A stretch of DNA of 26,034 nucleotides, taken from a virus (Duplodnaviria > Caudoviricetes). Shown here piece by piece: positions 24,983-26,034 of this stretch. The position numbers were made by a program, and so were the translations under genes. The DNA is taken from IMG/VR virus record IMGVR_UViG_3300020044_004214, positions 1 to 26,034 of that record. One strand, given 5' to 3'. How positions within the stretch are numbered: the stretch's first letter is position 1; each line of letters begins with the position of its first letter. The notes beneath the pieces were generated by a model. It was not told where the DNA came from, did not search any database, and saw only the letters and a program-made list of their open reading frames with translations.

Positions 24983-26033
24983 TTACACCGTAACCAAGTA
25001 GGATGAAGTCTTTGCCTTGTTCACTTTCAAAGCGTAGACGGGCTGACCTACCCTTACCACGTAGCTTAAGCTTTGTCGAGATAACAGTTGTAGGATACAC
25101 CCAAGAGTTAAGGTCACCTACGATAGGCATAGTCTTGAAGCGGTATGCTTGCTGTGCATCAGACGAAGGAGTGGTCTTGAAGTCCCAGTATGACGACACA
25201 AACAACGACGAAGGATGAATGGGGTTATACCCAGTAGACTCGTTACCTGTCCAACCTTCTTCAGTAGTTCTCATGTACGTAATGATGTACGGAGATGTCT
25301 TCTGGGTAAACAGGTCACCCTTGAAGTCATAACCAGCTTCTGCGAAGGACGAGTAGTTTGTAGTTCCCCAATCAAGGTAGTCACTGCCACCAAAGGAACC
25401 CATAGTCAACTTACCCGTAGCACCATCCCGAATGATAAGGACGATAGCTGGGTCACCTGTGCTGTAGTCTGTGTACTGTGTACTAACGACATCATCGCCA
25501 TTAGAGAACACATCATCTGTACCTGAGAACACATCAAGAACAAGCTGATCAGAACCAAAGCCAGTGTAGAAGTCAAAGCCTACTACGTAGTCAGTGCTTG
25601 TCGCTTCATCAGAGATCTTCCAAGGGTAGAAGGCTTGGAGTACTGTATCAAGGATGAGGAAGTTATTGTACTTGTTAGTCTTAGGTTCATCAGTATTCGG
25701 ATAAGCCCAATAAACTTTCTTGTTGATCCTGTCGTAGAGAGCATTAACCCCAAGCTTAGCTGTTTGACTAATGCTATCCCAGAAGCTTTGGATTACAGAG
25801 ATACCAATGTTCTGTTCTTGTGGCTCACCAGTGGTTGGGTCAAAGGTCATAGCATGAACACCATACTTGGACCACCAAAAGGGAATGCCCTCTGCTTCAA
25901 CAAAGGATTCAGCAGTAAGGATACCTACGCTAGTGATAAGGCGGATAGAGTACTCAGTTGCACGGAATACGTTATCGACACCATTAATCGACCACACACC
26001 ATTGTCAGCAAAGATATAGAGGTTAGATCCAAA
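24957..26033 (-). CDS. tail tubular protein B / nozzle (5' end outside the window)
   Basis: The frame is open to the window edge (FGSNLYIFADNGVWSI...). Beta-rich, with C-terminal KLRGKGRSARLRFESEQGKDFILLGY. Confidence 0.75.
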   Translation of the reverse strand, partial: FGSNLYIFADNGVWSINGVDNVFRATEYSIRLITSVGILTAESFVEAEGIPFWWSKYGVHAMTFDPTTGEPQEQNIGISVIQSFWDSISQTAKLGVNALYDRINKKVYWAYPNTDEPKTNKYNNFLILDTVLQAFYPWKISDEATSTDYVVGFDFYTGFGSDQLVLDVFSGTDDVFSNGDDVVSTQYTDYSTGDPAIVLIIRDGATGKLTMGSFGGSDYLDWGTTNYSSFAEAGYDFKGDLFTQKTSPYIITYMRTTEEGWTGNESTGYNPIHPSSLFVSSYWDFKTTPSSDAQQAYRFKTMPIVGDLNSWVYPTTVISTKLKLRGKGRSARLRFESEQGKDFILLGYGVIDAKNQRF

Positions 26034-26034
26034 G

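Noticed and set aside
1-26034. tRNA genes, CRISPR arrays, integrase/att sites, alternative genetic code
   Set aside because: None were seen. Intergenic gaps are short, there is no regular repeat-spacer pattern, and genes read intact in the standard code using all three stop codons.

Overview
This 26-kb window is a dense piece of a lytic podovirus genome with T7-like replication genes but no RNA polymerase gene in view. The layout matches SIO1-like / cobavirus-type phages (Zobellviridae), probably infecting an alphaproteobacterium; this is inferred from gene content, gene order and an alphaproteobacterial-type SOS box, with no database search run. It has two convergent arms. The + arm (472-16078) carries small early genes, a Gp88-like protein, a compact C5 DNA methyltransferase, primase-helicase, a family A DNA polymerase split into two ORFs, an SSB-like protein, ThyX, 5'-3' exonuclease, endonuclease I, a metallophosphoesterase, a MazG-like pyrophosphatase, class II (B12) ribonucleotide reductase, glutaredoxin, PhoH and a DUF3310 protein. 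The - arm (26034-16105) carries the end of a tail tubular protein, a GNAT-like protein, three internal virion proteins (one with a lytic transglycosylase domain) and three small basic proteins. The arms meet at a bidirectional terminator. The most notable observations are: (1) a perfect GTTC-N7-GTTC LexA box over the candidate promoter of the early operon of an apparently lytic phage; (2) a polymerase split in the thumb, with paired substitutions at two normally conserved active-site residues (steric-gate E to Q, O-helix Y to L); (3) a repeated pre-RBS leader on early genes; (4) near-absence of CCGG; (5) several small ORFs below the ORF-track cutoff.
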